Origin: Oikopleura dioica
Taxonomy: Eukaryota; Animalia; Chordata
Length of the DNA stretch: 64,000 nucleotides
Assembly (NCBI GenBank): GCA_907165135.1
Contig: OU015568.1
Location: 8,928,001 to 8,992,000 of the forward strand
Direction of reading: 5' to 3'
The notes beneath the pieces were generated by a model. That model saw only the letters and a program-made list of their open reading frames with translations, had not been told where the DNA came from and did no database searches. Position numbers and translations under genes: made by a program. Position 1 is the stretch's first letter. Every line of letters begins with the position of its first letter. This document shows, in pieces, positions 39,505-52,693 of the stretch.

Positions 39505-40524
39505 TTAGATCTTTCGAAGGCTTTCGACGATTCCTTCGCGTTTCTTCGCAAATGCTGCTTTCTTGTCCGGCTTTCCTCGCTTGGTGATTTCTTTTACTCC
39601 CTTCTTTCGCAAGTTCCTCTTGTCGACTTGTGCGGAGTAGGCCATTCGACGGTCCCGGGCGCTCATCTTTTCGTACTTGCAGTTGTTGACATTGTAGTTG
39701 CCAACAACATGCTTGTACGTCGTCTTCCTCGGTTGCCGACGAACTGGAGTTTTTGGCGGTTCGTTCTCTTTCTTTTCCGCCTCCTTTTTACTAAAGAAAA
39801 ATTGTTAAACTCCGTTTTCAAGTGTGCTAAAACTTACCCAAAGACGAATAACTTTTTGTCATCGGTTGTGCCAAAGTTCACCCGTCGCATCGGAGACTCA
39901 GTTCTTGTCGGATTAAATCGAAACGGCGATTTGGGCGGGAGTCCTCCTTGATTTCGAATTGGGGATCGTTTCCGCTCTGCTCTGGTCGATTTTCGCTGAG
40001 GCGTTTTCGTCGGCGCGAAGTTCAACGATTTGACGACCTTTGACTTTTCCTAAAGATTTCGGTTGTGATGATATCAAAAAACGGTCGAATATTTACCCTT
40101 GGCGTTGGCAGCGATTCAGCGGGCTTGGCCTTTGGTGGGACGGATTTAGGTCCAGCCGAGCTGAGCAAGAACTTTTCCCTCTTCTTTCTCTCTGTTAGGT
40201 ATTTTTTCAAATTCCCTTTTACTGGCTTGATCTTGGGAGTTTCTGGCAGAGCGTCGAGATATTCGGATGTCTCCTTGAACTCATCGTACGCATTTGGGTT
40301 TTCTGCCAAATTCTTCGCACGGATCGCCTCTAGAAAAGAGAATATAATATCGATTCACTCAATTTATAACCAAAATATCTAATAAGCGTAAAATTAAATT
40401 TATAGGAAAAGTTAAATTGCTTACCTAAATCACGACGAATCTCCTCTCGAATTTCTTCGTCGGACTTTGCGGACTCAGGCTGTATCTCTGACTTTTGGAT
40501 AAGTCTCAGCGAACGGCGAGACAT
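39505..40524 (-). CDS. Hypothetical Lys/Arg/Pro-rich protein
   Basis: Joinable ORFs from MSRRSLRL (40524) to IVESLRKI-stop (39505); many S/T-P sites. Confidence 0.5.
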
Positions 40525-40809
40525 TTTTCTGCAAGACAAATAAAATAAGTGTTCTGCTAGAGTTTGATGCTCCGCGCGCGCTTTCAAAAAAGGCGCGCGC
40601 ACTGATTGGCTGGCCCGATTTCAGAAGGAGAACGAGCCACTTACTTCATCGAATCAGAGGAGTTGTAGCTGTCATTATAATGAGTCATTAAAAATAATTC
40701 GAAGAAACCTATTTTTTTTCAGAAGTCAAGGAAGACTATTTTCTAAAATATTGATTTTTATAAGATACATTTAATTATGATTTTTTAATTGATTTAGCTT
40801 TTAGGTTTT

Positions 40810-41785
40810 TTATTTATCAAGATAGTAAACAATGATTGAAAACAGTTTATTCAGGGCTTTTGGTGAAAAGACTTCGTCGTTCCAAGTACACGCAGACTCA
40901 TTTTTTCTAAAATAAGTACAGTAAGAAAAATGACTGAAAGTGCGAGAAAAAGTACCTTCGACCCTTCTGATCGGGCTCTGTTTTGCGAAAGCAAATGAAT
41001 TCTCCGATAACGAGCGCCGGATCGGTAAAGTTGTGCGTGGCCGATGCGAGCCTTGGTAAACCGAGCCAGTTCTGAAAGACAAATCAGATAAGTACAGTTT
41101 TGCGTGCTACCGGAATAGTTGAGTTCTAGGGCGCATGTTTGGCGATTCGACGGTGAAGATTCTTAGCCGATTTTTGGGCGTTTTTGGACTTCCTGTTTCT
41201 GTTCTGTTATTGGCAAGTTGAGGCACTTGAACTGGAGGCGTTTTTTGACGGAGCTTCTCTCGCAGCGTTTCCACGTCTGAAGATGATTCTAGAGGAGCTG
41301 AAGGAGATACAGTAGCTTACCTGAAGAATGGTAAGCAGCGAGAGTCCGCTGAGTGGCCGCTGACTTCCGAATCGGCTCACTTGAGAAGTTTTCAAGAGGC
41401 ACAGTTTTGCGCTTTGCTTCCACAAACATGGGTGACGCTTCAAAAATGATCTTGATGCTACTAGTCATTTTAAGTCAAATTTCATACGTAAAATGGCGAT
41501 TTCTTGTAAAACACTGGATGAAGCAGTTCTCCTTGGCCGCAGCTCGAATGAGTCTAGTTGACTATCTGACGTTGGGTCTCTTAAATCACGTGTCAAAAGT
41601 GGAATGGTCGATATTTCTTGCCTTTTGAGTAATCTGATATTGCTTCCCTTGACTGGCATCCTCTTCTCTTTCGGAAGAAATGCATGTCTCTGGGTATAAT
41701 TCTTCAAATTGTTGGACTCTTCCCTCGTCGATGCAGTTCTTCGGTCAACCCTTGTTGGTCCTAATTCTATCATTTCTCTTCGCAT
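40810..41785 (-). CDS. Hypothetical low-complexity protein
   Basis: Several adjacent minus-strand ORFs separated by intron-sized gaps; no domain recognised. Confidence 0.3.
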
Positions 41786-42492
41786 TTCTGTTGCTTAGTT
41801 TCAGGTCGAAAATATACTTTAAAAATGTCTATCTAAAAGTTAAACATTCTGTCTTTATTGAACGTAGCTTAATTTTTGACCAAGTATCGATAATTCTCTT
41901 TACATGGGATCTTCAACTGTTTTCTTTTCTCCTAATTTTTTCCTCTCTCTCGTTTTTTTACTGCGATTGTTCAGAGTGTCGCGGAACGCTATTATTTGGA
42001 TAAAAAGAGCCGATACGATTTCACACAACAAGACATCCGGAGCACCCTATTCATACAAGCACGCTTTTCATAAAATATTATTCCAGCTCAGAATTATTGT
42101 TGACTAAACACTCTTGTCGGATTATGACGAGTTCAATTTAAAATCATGTTCAGAGGAACAATTGTCAATTTTCAATTAAATGATCCCAATTGCCTCAAGA
42201 GCCACGAGAAATTCTGTGTAGTTAATTGTCTCTTTCATTTTTTGTATAAAAATAAAAATTCAATCTTGTTAAAAACAAAATGAGACGGGCCTTCATCGCA
42301 TCAAGCATCTTACTGAAGCACTTTTCGATACAAAAGAGACTGGACTAGCTTCACATTCAAGATCAAAAATAAACACAGCAGGTTCTCCTTGACTGAAATA
42401 ATTGGATTTTATAAAGAACGGTAGAACTTGTATTTGGTTTTTATTTTGACTTTCTTTGTACAGATATTTGCAGGGAAGAGATTACTCTTTGA

Positions 42493-43730
42493 TTATCGTA
42501 TCGATTCAAGCGCAGGATTCCAAGGCCGAACATCGAAAAGTGGGTTAGAATCGTTAGTCCACAAGTGTGAGCGCATTCTCGGTGGAAGAGCTTGATTTTC
42601 TCCCATTATTCCAAACCTATTTGAGTAAGTACTGTTAGAGGAAAAAGACGAGTCCGTGCTTGGAATCAAGGAAGAGTCAGTAGAATTAGTAACGACAACA
42701 CTGCAACTTCTCGAGTTACGCGCCATTGATGGAAGAACTGATTCAAGAGTTGAACTTTTCGTTTCTCATTTTCATAAAAAGTAGATGAACATATTGTGCA
42801 ACCCTTAGCATACGCTGTAGATCTTTTTCGGTTATCGGATTTTGACTTTTCTGAAATCTGCTGCACAACGTCTGCGAAATTCATGCCCTTCTCTGCACCT
42901 TCCTTTCGCTTGAATCCATACAGCATGTCGTTTTCGTAGCTTTCTTGACTCGACTGTGGCTGGGTTGCGGAGTTATTTGCGGCTGAAAAGTGGAAAAGAG
43001 CGATGAATTCCCGCTCATTATCAAATCGAGCTCCTAATCCACGCTCAGGTGGTATCCTGTCGACAACCCTTCCTGGGATGATATGATTTCTTCAACGGCC
43101 ATTTCTAGTGGATCCAGCCCTTCTGCTCGTCGAGAACCAGGCACTGGGGGATATCCAGGGTGTCCGTAAAGCGAGCTTTGAATTGAAGATTTTCATTCTT
43201 CATTAAAATTGTTCTTACTGTTTCAAAAACGTAACATGTGACTTTTTTCGTTCACTCGCCATCCCATCTGCGATTAATTCCAATTTATCATCGCCAGTTT
43301 TCGTTTTTCTTGCGAATTGAACCATCGGAATGCCATCTGGACTTACTGGAATCACGAATCCCTTTTTGAGTGATTTTGATAAGTTATGTTTGAGAAATGA
43401 TTTTCTTACGTTAATTTCTATGTTTCTTGTGCTTTTGAGAATGCCCTTCTGCGCCAAATGGTTGTTACAGGTCGGCTTGCGCTTGAAACTCTTCATATTT
43501 CCACAGTGACAAGGCTTCACTCCGCTCATCACCTTGACTTGGGTGTATTTATGAGAGGCATGTGGACTCTCGACGAAACACGCATGGCACAGCAGGCCAC
43601 CGTACTTTTTCTGGCATTGATTGCACCTAAAAGTTTTCCATTCTCTTCCTTGATTTCAAGCTCACCTGTAGCCGATCTCACCTTCTTTCATCGTATTCTT
43701 GCAAATCAACTGAGGCCTTGTGGCTTTTTT
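42493..43730 (-). CDS. Small UBR-box zinc-finger protein (start uncertain)
   Basis: CKNTMKEGEIGYR|CNQCQKKYGGLLCHACFVESPHASHKY...CHCGN...CNNH reproduces the UBR-box Cys/His spacing. Confidence 0.75.
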
Positions 43731-44976
43731 CTTGACGCTTCGAAATAAACTCAATAATTTTGAAGACCATATAAATGATAGTATTTGACTTTCACAAATT
43801 ATCTGTCAAAAAACGGTCAGTAGAATTCTCAAAATTTCCTTTGGAACATAATGAGAACGCAAAAAACAAAGACAGCTAGGAGCCAGGCTTTCAATCGTTT
43901 TCTTTTCTTGTTCTTACTTTTACTCTCAAAATACTAAAACCAAACAATTTCCTGGGAAGCCAAAGAACTCTCTCGTGAGTGGATTGAGGTCTGCTTCTGA
44001 ATTTGCATACTGGTCCATTCTAGTGTCTCCTGGCTTCGCGATTAATGCAGCTGTGGAGGATTCGCTTGAAAATAAATCAGGAGAATCAGTTAACGACGTC
44101 TCTGACCCGAAGAACTCACGAGCCAGACGTGCTTATTGCCTTTTCAAGGTCTATTAATCCCAAAACTTGTGATTTAAGACACGCACCTGTTTTCAAGAAT
44201 TCCTACCTTTTTGAAAGATCGTCGTTGAGCAAAAGTCAGTATATCTCTGTCTGTGACGAGTATAAAATCTTAATTGCCCAGCTATGCGTTGAGACTTCCT
44301 AAATTGGTTTCCAGAAGTGTTAATTCTTTCCTATGGTACTGGAATCTGAAAGGCTTGACCCTTTGCGGTGCCTGCGCAACGTGGGAGGACGATTATACTG
44401 TATCGTGCAGTACTTCGTATGAAATCTTATTCACTTCAATTTCATCGTCGGAACATGAGGCAAGGTGCGCTAAGACATAAGCAGGTGGAAACTGATACAT
44501 AAATCAGGGGACATGAAGGTCTCTCATGAGTTATAAAATGATTCCGATATAAAGACTAAAAGTCAATGTTTTGCTTATAACAAGGAGAACAATGGCTATT
44601 CTTTTTTATTAATCAAAGATAGAACATGCCTACTTCAAACACAAATTAAGGAAACTTTATCATTGCCATTTTGTTGCATTGCGGTCTCGCCCTCAAAAGG
44701 TGGGAGTCCAGAAATAAATCGCACGAAGACAGCTTTCACCATCTAAAGTCGTGTTCCCGCGAGTCACTAGAAAAGTGCGTCAACTGAACCTCGAGCTAAT
44801 ACTGAAAAATTCCTTGGAAAACCCGTTCAAAGTTATTTGCATAAAACAAGCCATAATTATTAAATGTGTGATTTTCCTGCAGAGTAAACGAAAAATGAGC
44901 ATTTGTTTGAGAAAAGAATCGACCGCCCCTCCGAACTAAAAACATTCCTCAGCAAAAAAAAAGTTCGATTTTTCAA

Positions 44977-46526
44977 ATGAGCTATTTGTTGCAGGACTTT
45001 TTCTTCGTCAAGAGAACGAGTTCTTCCTCAAAAATTGCCCGTTTTGATGTGAAATTGCAAGAAAGTGAGCTTTATTTTTTGAGAGAAGATGGGAAAAATG
45101 GCTTTGTCGCGCAGTTGCAGAATATAACAGGTTATTATTGAGTAAGAATGCAGAACTGAAGTTCAGGTGTCCATGTTCAAACGGAAGGTGAAAAAGTGGA
45201 ACTCTGCGTCTTCCATTATCCGTTCGTAAAGAAAGCCTTCGGTGGGAAAGAACGAAAGCGGGAGAAAATTCTGATGACGCTTGATGAAAAAGATTCAAAA
45301 GAGCAACTGTCAATCTGGGATATATAAATATTTGATTTTTAAAGGTTGATAAACTAGATAATTGTGTATCCCGTACGAAGAATCTGATCTTTGGGCGACA
45401 AAAATTAAAATTGCAGCGCGATTTTCGAATAAACAGAATTCGTCTGAAGAAATTCCACTCAAGCGAAGATATCTCGTCCTTGTAAATCCCGCTTCTGGTA
45501 AAGGCCTCGCTGCGAAAATCGCTCGTGAGCAACTTTTACCGATCATGGCTGAAGCAGAAATCGAACACGAACTTGTTACGACGACGCATCAAGGTCACGC
45601 GGAAGAGATTGCCAAGAACTTGAAGGTTGGCGAGTACACTGGAATCGCCGTCGTTTCTGGCGACGGGCTCTTTCATGAAGTCGTCAATGGAATCATGAGC
45701 CGAGAAGATGCGGAACAAGCTTCTAAACAAATCTGTCTCGTACCAATTCCTGGAGGTTCTGGGAATGCGCTCGCAGCGACCATCGTTTACACCGTCCTTG
45801 GAATCCACAACGATCCTAATCTCCTTCAAAATATGCTGATCATCTTCGCTAATGGGAGTCCTACTCCAAGTACCATCCTGCGTTGGGAAATTCATTCCAA
45901 CGAGTCTCAGACACGTTTTTCTTTTCTTTGTGGCATGTGGGGGATCGCAGCCGACATTGACTTTGAATCGGAGAAATATCGATCAAGTCTGGGGAGCAAT
46001 AGGTTCATTGCCATGGCTGTACAGAGGATATTCAACTTGAGAAAGTATGATGGATCCTTAGAATACATGGATGAAACAACAGAAGAGGTGAAAACGATTA
46101 ATGGGCCGATTACAGGAGTGATCTTCACGACTGGCACTCATTTTAACTACGACAGCGCGGCTAGAACGAACAGAGCTCTCCAAGAATTCGACGAAAAGGG
46201 TCAACCTTTGATGACCCTGCTCGTCTTGAAATCAACATCGAAAGCGACGATAACAAAGTTTCTTCTTGGATTGAGCGATCTTAAAACGGTCACGAACTTG
46301 GAGAAAGAAATACCAGAGGTTCAAAGGATAAAAACTTCATCTTTAAAAATGATTCCGAAATCGTGAGTAAAATCAAAGAGTTACGAAGACAACAATTTTC
46401 AGGACGAGCAAAGAAGTCTTTCTCGACATCGACGGCGAAAGATCTCCGTATGTTCCAACTTCAGTCTCTGTTCATCCCCACAGCATATCGTTGATTGCTT
46501 CCCTCCCTCTGAAAACAACATTCTAA
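44977..46526 (+). CDS. SPHK1: Sphingosine kinase (DAGK catalytic domain)
   Basis: VLVNPASGKG, SGDGLFHEVVNG, GGSGNALA, WGIAADIDFESEKYRSSLG, IDGE. Confidence 0.92.
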
Positions 46527-46666
46527 CGCCTAATGACCGCTTATTTGATCGATCCGCAAAATAAAAAAATCTTTCATCTTCATCTAATGACTCACTGTTA
46601 GAGCAACGGCCCATAAAACGATCTTTTTACTGTTCGAACGAGCGAAAAATTTTATAAAAAAAAGCC

Positions 46667-47932
46667 ATGGCGGGGTCTCTTAGGACAATCGTCTGTAGTA
46701 TTTTTGTTGGAATATTCTTGCAGAGATACAGTATTACGATCGGATTATGGAGAGATAAGAACTTGCAGAAAGAAAAACATTTTGATGGTAAGTAAAAATA
46801 AGAAACCGTTGATATGATTGATTAAATTTCAAATAATCAGGTTACAACTGCCACTACCTCCTCGAAGAATACGGTGCTGAAGACATCGCCACGACATCCG
46901 ATGGCCTTGCATTCATCACTTCTGGCCTCGGCCCATACCCTCCCTTCATCAAAAATGAAGCACCAAGTGCCATCTACGTCATGGACCTGAACGTTTCGCC
47001 AGTTCGTCTCACAGAAGTCACCATCAAGTCGTCACAGGATCTCAAACTCAATCCCCACGGCCTGGACTTATTCGAAGATGGTGACAAAATCTACGTCTTT
47101 ATTGTTAACCACCACCAGGATTTGTCGGTGGAAGCAGTTGAGAAGTTTGAATATCTAATTGAAACGAATGAGCTTGTTTGGATCAAATCCTTCATCAACC
47201 CAGACGTTCTCAGATCAGTCAATGATGTTGTTGCTGTTGGGCCCGATGAGTTCTACTGTAAGATACATACTTTTTATACATTCATTGATTAACTTCTAGG
47301 CACAAATGATTTTTACTCAACGCACAAGACTCCTATCCAAAGAATGATCGAGCAATATTCAACTCTCAAGCTCGGTTCCGTCGCTCACTGTAACGAGCAA
47401 AAATGCGAATTGAAAACATCTTATCATATTGGAATGGCAAATGGGATCACTACTCGAACGGTGCGATTCTTTCTCCGATCTTTTTGACGTTATTCTTTTC
47501 AGATTGACGGAAAGACAGAAGTGCTTGTCATCTACTGCTACGATGACAAAATTGGCGTTTATGAGATCCTCGAGAACGGAGATCTTACATTTACTCGGAC
47601 AATTGCTAGTTCTCCTACAATGGACAATTTTTGGAATGCACCAGATGGCTCCATCTACCTTGCTGGAAGTAAACATGCCTGGAGATTCTTTTGGAATAAG
47701 TTTTTCCCCAGTAAAGGAAGATTTTTGCTGCTCATTTCTAAGATACTTTTTAGATGACAAGATGCCTCTAGGAAGCGAAGTCCTGCGAATCCTCTCTAAT
47801 TCTGACAAAATGGAACAGGTTTACTTCGACGATGGCGCAGAGTTTACTATGGCGTCGATCTTCGTTATTTGGGGCGAGAATATCTTGCTGGGCTCTCCTA
47901 ATCATAAGTTCATGGCCTGTAAGAAACAATAA
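46667..47932 (+). CDS. PON1: Paraoxonase/arylesterase
   Basis: N-terminal hydrophobic helix, GAEDI, LNPHGL, VNH, VNDVVAVGP, MANGI, DNF. Confidence 0.9.
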
Positions 47933-48108
47933 ATCTTTGGGTAGAATCTTCCATTTTATTTCAAAACGGACAAGAACATCAATGAGTTCACTTCTCGCTC
48001 GTGCTGGACCATTGCACAGTGAAGGCAAAAGAAAGCAGCAAAAAAATCCCTGAGAAATATTCAGTAATCAGTCGCTCAAATTTGTTACGTACAATAACAT
48101 GCTACCAT

Positions 48109-51100
48109 TTATTCCATGTTTCTGTCGTATTTCCATTCGCTGGTTCGCTGTGATAAAACCCAATCCCTGAATTCAAAGCTAGTGGGAACCAGGGATGTGG
48201 ATCCGCAGCGCAAAATCCGCAAAACAGCGCAAAATGCGGGGTTTTTCATTCTGCAGCGCAAAACAGCGCAAAATCAGCCCCAAAAATTTCCGCAATTTTT
48301 CCGCAAAATTGCGCGCAAAAGCGCATTTTGCGCGAAAATTCCACAAAATCTCAATACATTTGCAGTCCCCAAAAGGCAATTTTGCGGGATTTGGCGTAGA
48401 ATTTCTACATTTTTTTGATGTTAATTGTGAAGATTTCCGAATCAAATCCGCATTCATCATCTTCGGCGGTAATTCGTGGAAGAAAAACTGAAAAATCACC
48501 CGATCTCGTATTTAACCGACCGGTCATTTTGCCGGCAAAAATAAAACCGGACAGTTTGAGCCCCGTTCCTTGATTTCTAAATTTAAGGGGCTTGACGGCC
48601 CTTCGGGCCGTTTCAGCCCCGTTCCTTGATTTCTAAATTTAAGGGGCTTGACGGCCCTTCGGGCCGTTTCAGCCCCGTTCCTTGATTTCTAAATTTAAGG
48701 GGCTTGACGGCCCTTCGGGCCGTTTCAGCCCCGTTCCTTGATTTCTAAATTTAAGGGGCTTGACGGCCCTTCGGGCCGTTTCAGCCCCGTTCCTTGATTT
48801 CTAAATTTAAGGGGCTTGACGGCCCTTCGGGCCGTTTCAGCCCCGTTCCTTGATTTCTAAATTTAAGGGGCTTGACGGCCCTTCGGGCCGTTTCAGCCCC
48901 GTTCCTTGATTTCTAAATTTAAGGGGCTTGACGGCCCTTCGGGCCGTTTCAGCCCCGTTCCTTGATTTCTAAATTTAAGGGGCTTGACGGCCCTTCGGGC
49001 CGTTTCAGCCCCGTTCCTTGATTTCTAAATTTAAGGGGCTTGACGGCCCTTCGGGCCGTTTCAGCCCCGTTCCTTGATTTCTAAATTTAAGGGGCTTGAC
49101 GGCCCTTCGGGCCGTTTCAGCCCCGTTCCTTGATTTCTAAATTTAAGGGGCTTGACGGCCCTTCGGGCCGTTTCAGCCCCGTTCCTTGATTTCTAAATTT
49201 AAGGGGCTTGACGGCCCTTCGGGCCGTTTCAGCCCCGTTCCTTGATTTCTAAATTTAAGGGGCTTGACGGCCCTTCGGGCCGTTTCAGCCCCGTTCCTTG
49301 ATTTCTAAATTTAAGGGGCTTGACGGCCCTTCGGGCCGTTTCAGCCCCGTTCCTTGATTTCTAAATTTAAGGGGCTTGACGGCCCTTCGGGCCGTTTCAG
49401 CCCCGTTCCTTGATTTCTAAATTTAAGGGGCTTGACGGCCCTTCGGGCCGTTTCAGCCCCGTTCCTTGATTTCTAAATTTAAGGGGCTTGACGGCCCTTC
49501 GGGCCGTTTCAGCCCCGTTCCTTGATTTCTAAATTTAAGGGGCTTGACGGCCCTTCGGGCCGTTTCAGCCCCGTTCCTTGATTTCTAAATTTAAGGGGCT
49601 TGACGGCCCTTCGGGCCGTTTCAGCCCCGTTCCTTGATTTCTAAATTTAAGGGGCTTGACGGCCCTTCGGGCCGTTTCAGCCCCGTTCCTTGATTTCTAA
49701 ATTTAAGGGGCTTGACGGCCCTTCGGGCCGTTTCAGCCCCGTTCCTTGATTTCTAAATTTAAGGGGCTTGACGGCCCTTCGGGCCGTTTCAGCCCCGTTC
49801 CTTGATTTCTAAATTTAAGGGGCTTGACGGCCCTTCGGGCCGTTTCAGCCCCGTTCCTTGATTTCTAAATTTAAGGGCTTGACGGCCCTTCGGGCCGTTT
49901 CAGCCCCGTTCCTTGATTTCTAAATTTAAGGGGCTTGACGGCCCTTCGGGCCGTTTCAGCCCCGTTCCTTGATTTCTAAATTTAAGGGGCTTGACGGCCC
50001 TTCGGGCCGTTTCAGCCCCGTTCCTTGATTTCTAAATTTAAGGGGCTTGACGGCCCTTCGGGCCGTTTCAGCCCCGTTCCTTGATTTCTAAATTTAAGGG
50101 GCTTGACGGCCCTTCGGGCCGTTTCAGCCCCGTTCCTTGATTTCTAAATTTAAGGGCTTGACGGCCCTTCGGGCCGTTTCAGCCCCGTTCCTTGATTTCT
50201 AAATTTAAGGGCTTGACGGCCCTTCGGGCCGTTTCAGCCCCGTTCCTTGATTTCTAAATTTAAGGGGCTTGACGGCCCTTCGGGCCGTTTCAGCCCCGTT
50301 CCTTGATTTCTAAATTTAAGGGGCTTGACGGCCCTTCGGGCCGTTTCAGCCCCGTTCCTTGATTTCTAAATTTAAGGGCTTGACGGCCCTTCGGGCCGTT
50401 TCAGCCCCGTTCCTTGATTTCTAAATTTAAGGGGCTTGACGGCCCTTCGGGCCGTTTCAGCCCCGTTCCTTGATTTCTAAATTTAAGGGGCTTGACAAAG
50501 GCTTGGAACTCTGAGTTGATCAATCTCAGTTCTGTCCCCAACCCCACCCACACCCATCATTTAATAAATCTTTATTATCATCGTTTTCAGCTCAATTATG
50601 GTTCTTTTTGAAAACCTTGAAAATAACTTTGTATAACTTCGGAATAATGTCCCTAAAATTTCTTCATTTCAAGTAGAAATAAATGGGGCCAAAAAGACCA
50701 CGAAATTCGCAGATTTTCGCAAAATGCGCGAAAATCCCGCAAAATTCGCAAAATTACGCAAATTGCGTTTCATCTGCCCGATCCGCAATTCCGCAAAAAG
50801 CGCAAAATCCGCAAAATTTTCGCAAAATCAACAAATTTTGATTTTCCGCAAAACAGCGCAAAATTCCGCAAATTGCGCGATTTTCGGATTCCGCAGCGCA
50901 AAACAGCGCAAAAGAAGTTCGAAAAATTTCCGCAATCGCAGCGCAAAACAAAGGAAAATTTTTGCTTATCCACATCCCTGGTGGGAACGGATCTTGAAGA
51001 GTATCTTACGAAAACAGGTGCCAAAAAAGAACTAATCGTAAGACAAGAATTTGCCGAAAAAAAAACGGTCGATGGGTCAATAAAACCACCAGAAGGGCCA

Positions 51101-52261
51101 AGAAGAATTGCTTGTTGTAAAAAATTGCAATATGCAGCAGAGCCAGGGCTCTAAATAGACTAGTCCGGGCTCGGACTTAGTCCGAAGTCCGTCCGGTCTA
51201 GTCCGGCCGGACGGACCAGACTTCTGATTTTTGGCTGAGAAAATTTTCGGACTAGACCAGACCAGACTTGCCTTTTTCGCCGGACTTAGTCCGAAAAATA
51301 TAAACCAAGAAAAACACAACTGTCCATGGCTGTTGATTTCGAGTCCTTTGGTTTTACCCGGCATTGTTTTTCCGGGCAGCCCGCAGATTTTTCAGCGGGT
51401 TACTCGCACGGAGAGTCTTTTCACGGGCTACCCGCGCTACTTGTTTTCTCCTTTCCCCCGAGTAGCTCGCGATTACCCGCAACCCTTTTTGTCGAGCCAA
51501 TCAGACGAGCGAATTTTCTTCTTTCTAGTCGAAATTTTCGCGAGTAGCTCGGGATTGTCCTTTACCCATTTACTCGATTTACTCGCACGGGTCTCCGCGC
51601 GAGTAACCCGTAGAAAAATCTGCGTAGAAAAATTTTCGAAAAAAAAATCGAGTTTTTGTTGTATTTTATTCGAAAAATTTTCGGACTTTTTCGGACTAGA
51701 CCGGACTAGACCGGATTTTTAGGCTTTTTTCTCGGACCAGACTTTTTCGGACTTTTTCGGACTAGACCAGACTTAAAGTCCGGGTTTTCCAATTCGGACC
51801 AGACCAGACCAGACTTGTAAATTTCGGCCAAGTGCCCGGACCTGGACAGACCGGACTTTTGATTTTCGCCTCAGATTTAGAGCCCTGAGCAGAGCAGCAC
51901 TAAAATTACACTTCATTAGCTCTTTTTAGAAAACTAACGCCAATAGGTATTGTTGAGAACGCTAGAGAAAGAAGACAACAAAGACACGAATTTCCACGTC
52001 GAAGTCCATCTTGGGTGGATTGATGGAGAAAGCATGGGCAGCAGTATGCTTTGAGCGTCAGGCTCAAATCAGCGCCGCAGCTGCTCCTTGCTCTGAATCT
52101 TTACAAAATATTTCATGATTGTTTCTTTCGGATCAGCTCCTGAGGAGGCCGTATCGAAAATCTCCGTTCGAAGATTTGTAAGAGTATGATTCTGGCTGAT
52201 TCGTTATGATCACTGCCACCGGGTCCTCAGAAATGAGATCCGTAGTTTGCAAAGAAGACAT
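48109..52261 (-). CDS. PLAC8: PLAC8/cornifelin-family Cys-rich protein, last exon interrupted by two MITEs
   Basis: Spliced FRYGLLSCGADLSLTLKAYCCPC...SCLCCLL (introns 52139-52081 GA-AG, 51938-51900 GT-AG); exon 3 is open to stop 48109 only after removing both elements. Confidence 0.7.
48190..50980. mobile_element. hAT-type non-autonomous element (2791 bp) carrying a tandem array
   Basis: 8-bp TSD GTGGGAAC (48182-48189, 50981-50988); 13-bp perfect TIR CAGGGATGTGGAT; subterminal CGCAAAA repeats at both ends. Confidence 0.93.
48559..50496. repeat. 56-bp tandem array, 34 full units plus a partial
   Basis: Unit AGCCCCGTTCCTTGATTTCTAAATTTAAGGGGCTTGACGGCCCTTCGGGCCGTTTC; only variation is G4->G3 in four units. 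Confidence 0.98.
51144..51887. mobile_element. hAT-type MITE (744 bp)
   Basis: 8-bp TSD AGCAGAGC (51136-51143, 51888-51895); 13-bp TIR CAGGGCTCTAAAT; CCGGACT/AGACC subterminal repeats; internal IR 51382-51624. Confidence 0.93.
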
Positions 52262-52693
52262 TTACCGATTTCCTCTTAAAATTATTCAAAATTGTTCTGA
52301 GTGAAATGTGGCTGACTTTGAGGGAAAAGGCTTTATATAATGCATTACAAGACAATTTCAATCATATTATTACGTGGAAGAAAGCTGCTCGCGAATAATT
52401 GAACATATTGGTGATCTTGAGCGGCAGTCATCTGATTGAGAAGCTTTGCAAGTTAAATTCGTCAGTAAAGATTCTCCTCTTTTATATCAGTCGATTTTCT
52501 GAGAGAATGACGTCTCCATTCCGCACCAAGTCCCAGAGAGAACGCTTTCTGGGCTCTGGAGAAAGAAATGAGTCAGCTTCGGACCGAACCAGTGCAGAAG
52601 TCACGCTCACGGCGCTCCCGACCAATCAACGCGCGCGCCACTACGAAGAAATGCGAAACTTATCTTTTTCAATTTTAAATTCTTCCGACGTTT

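Noticed and set aside
48559-50496. CRISPR array or hammerhead-ribozyme satellite
   Set aside because: Units are identical with no unique spacers or cas genes. The minus strand has GAAAC-stem-GTC like hammerhead stem III, but the CTGATGA core and a third stem are missing.
48116-51154. Plus-strand ORFs across the MITEs (e.g. 48116, 48195, 50724, 50873, 51231)
   Set aside because: They are translations of subterminal repeats or the antisense of the PLAC8-like exon; no transposase motifs.
51382-51624. Nested MITE inside the 51144 element
   Set aside because: The inverted repeat has no flanking TSD; treated as internal structure.
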